A stretch of 60,505 nt of DNA, filler included, from Bilabrum cf. latius (lineage: Eukaryota): the NCBI GenBank assembly GCA_965178125.1. It is 4 parts of 4 records of this genome, joined end to end, with 100 filler letters (N's around TTAATTAATTAA, not from the genome) between each part and the next. Parts side by side here need not be neighbours in the genome. Positions count along the whole stretch, not along the records: positions 45,844 to 60,505 come from CBCXTV010000059.1; 3 more parts are not named here. One strand, 5' to 3'. A program made the position numbers and the translations under genes. Of this stretch, positions 58,950 through 60,505 are shown one piece after another (the stretch's first letter is position 1; every line of letters starts with the position of its first letter). Under the pieces are notes generated by a model that saw only the letters and a list, made by a program, of their open reading frames with translations, searched no databases and was not told where the DNA came from.

Positions 58950-59759
58950 ACGAGCTTGTCGCCGTTCGGGGAGCCGCGCCGCGGCCGCCTCAGCGCCCGC
59001 CGTCGTGGCGCGTTTCAAGTGGGCGGCGTGAATGGCGCCAGGGACTCCCCGCGCGGACGATCACAGTCGAGGCTCGGGCTGTGGCCGTGTTTTGAAAAGC
59101 CCGTGCGCGTTCGTGTTTTTCCCGTTTTCGTATTTCGTCCCGCCCGCCTGCCTGCCCGCCCGCCCGCCCGACCGCCCGCGTCCCGCCTTCCCGCCTGCGC
59201 CTGTCCGCCCGTCGTGTCCGCCCGCCCGCGCCCGTCCGCTCGCCCGCCCGCTCGCTCGCCCGCGCTCGATCGCCCGCCCGTCTGTCCTCGTACATCCGGC
59301 CGCTCGCCCGCCCACTCACTGCCGCTCACCCGCCAGCTCGCCCGGCTGCCCATTCGGTCAGTCGTCTGTCCGCCCGTTCGCTTGTCCGCCCGCTCGTCCG
59401 CCAGGTAAACGCATCGAGATATGTTTCATGTCCGTCATGTAAGTTTGTTTGTTTCGTTATGCAGGACGATCTTTAAATAGCGGTCCGTGTATTTCGTGTT
59501 CCGGTCAGTTGGATGCCGTTTGGTCTTGAGGGTGTTCAGGCACAGTTTGTTTGGTTTCAACTGTCGGTTGTGGCTACACGCGTTGTGGCGTCGAGTTTTC
59601 GATCTCGTTGATTATGACTTGAAACATTATGACGGAAGCCAGTGAAGGTGGTAAGTACTTCCAAAGGTGAAATCATGTGTATATTGCCTGCTCGATTTCT
59701 GCCACGTGCGCCAAAACACGGCCTCGATTTCGGTGCTGTTTTTGCCCCCGAAAAGCGAG

Positions 59760-59802
59760 CACGAAAAAGTGAAGCCCGACTGTCGGGCTTCACTTTTTCG
59801 TG
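59760..59802. repeat. 43-bp palindrome near the right limit of the shared region
   Basis: Identical to the contig-3 palindromes although flanks have substitutions. Confidence 0.95.
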
Positions 59803-60505
59803 TCCAGTTTCCTGGGCCGGAAACGGTCTCAAAACCAGGCCCCCGGTCCTGAAATCGGGGCCGCGGATTCGTCACCTTCCTGCGGCCCCAATTCTGGTCC
59901 CCCTTTCCTATCCCCCGCCTCGCTTCTCCCCTGTCCGTCCCTGAAGGAGATCCCCTTTTTCCGCGCCTATCTCCCTTCCCACCTCCTTGCTCTTGTCCCA
60001 AATCTCGTTCCTTTTGCTCGTCGCACGGGTCGTCGTCGTCTCATTCTTAAGGCATGGGGTGTCTTTGGCACGCATGATGCGCCTGATTATGCGACAACTT
60101 GATGAAACGTCCCAGGACGTGTTGCACGCGTATGGCGCTGGGTCATTGCAACCGTAATCATGTCGTTCGGGCTAACGTGAGTCTAGTTTGGGAATCTTCG
60201 TACGCACACAGCCCAAGCAAGCGCCGACGTGATCGCAAGCATGTCTCATATTTTGTTGTTGCGAGTCGGCCATCGGTGACGCGTGCGTTCTACCGAGAGT
60301 CGCTGACAACGAGGCAGTTTTCGGAATATTCGGCGGTGTGATCGTGAATGCTGCATCGAAGGCATAAACGATGTTGCCTCCAACTCGTAGATGTCGTCAT
60401 ATAATGGTTGACAAAATCATGCTGTTGCACAGTGTGTCAACATGTATGAGCCTATGTAGACCCCTTGGGAATGTGAGTGATTTTTTTTCCATATGACGTG
60501 TTCCT

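Larger units (their letters stand above)
49961..59915 (+). mobile_element. Composite element: DD35D transposase, coiled-coil ORF, HUH-SF3 Rep and Cys-rich ORF (may extend over the whole contig)
   Basis: Limits of homology with the 5947-bp unit; motifs as listed for the individual genes. Confidence 0.75.

Noticed and set aside
55094-59479. Helitron
   Set aside because: The helicase is SF3 rather than PIF1, and the ends lack TC...CTRR and an A|T target.
30747-59915. Giant inverted repeat between the tandem array and the contig-4 copy
   Set aside because: They are separate contigs joined by an artificial linker, so relative orientation is arbitrary.

Overview
The window is four unrelated ~15-kb contigs (1-15356, 15457-30646, 30747-45743, 45844-60505). 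They are joined by artificial N44-TTAATTAATTAA-N44 linkers and fall in descending length, so adjacency across linkers means nothing. The DNA is GC-rich, eukaryotic and repeat-derived; a GC-AG intron with AG|G junctions and the retroelement style suggest a dinoflagellate-like host (inference). Contig 1 is the internal part of a very large Ty1/copia-type LTR retrotransposon on the minus strand (RING-like finger, protease, integrase, RT, RNase H). Downstream of pol it has about 7 kb of extra coding sequence with an ADP-ribosyltransferase-like and an RNase III-like domain. Eleven copies of a ~40-nt hairpin with a fixed core and covarying outer stems are dispersed through it. Contig 2 is decayed repeat DNA. 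Contig 3 is 2.5 apparently identical head-to-tail copies of a 5947-bp unit carrying a pogo/Fot1-type DD35D transposase, a basic coiled-coil ORF, an iteron-like cluster and a 43-bp palindrome. Contig 4 holds a diverged, intact relative of that unit with an extra 4386-bp module encoding a CRESS-like HUH endonuclease/SF3 helicase Rep, next to a GT25-like gene. The two best candidates for undescribed systems are (a) a Rep plus DDE-transposase composite rolling-circle element with a Rep-less concatemeric derivative and (b) a copia element with dispersed structured RNA hairpins and RNase III-like/ART-like cargo. All domain calls are by-eye motif recognition, not database searches.
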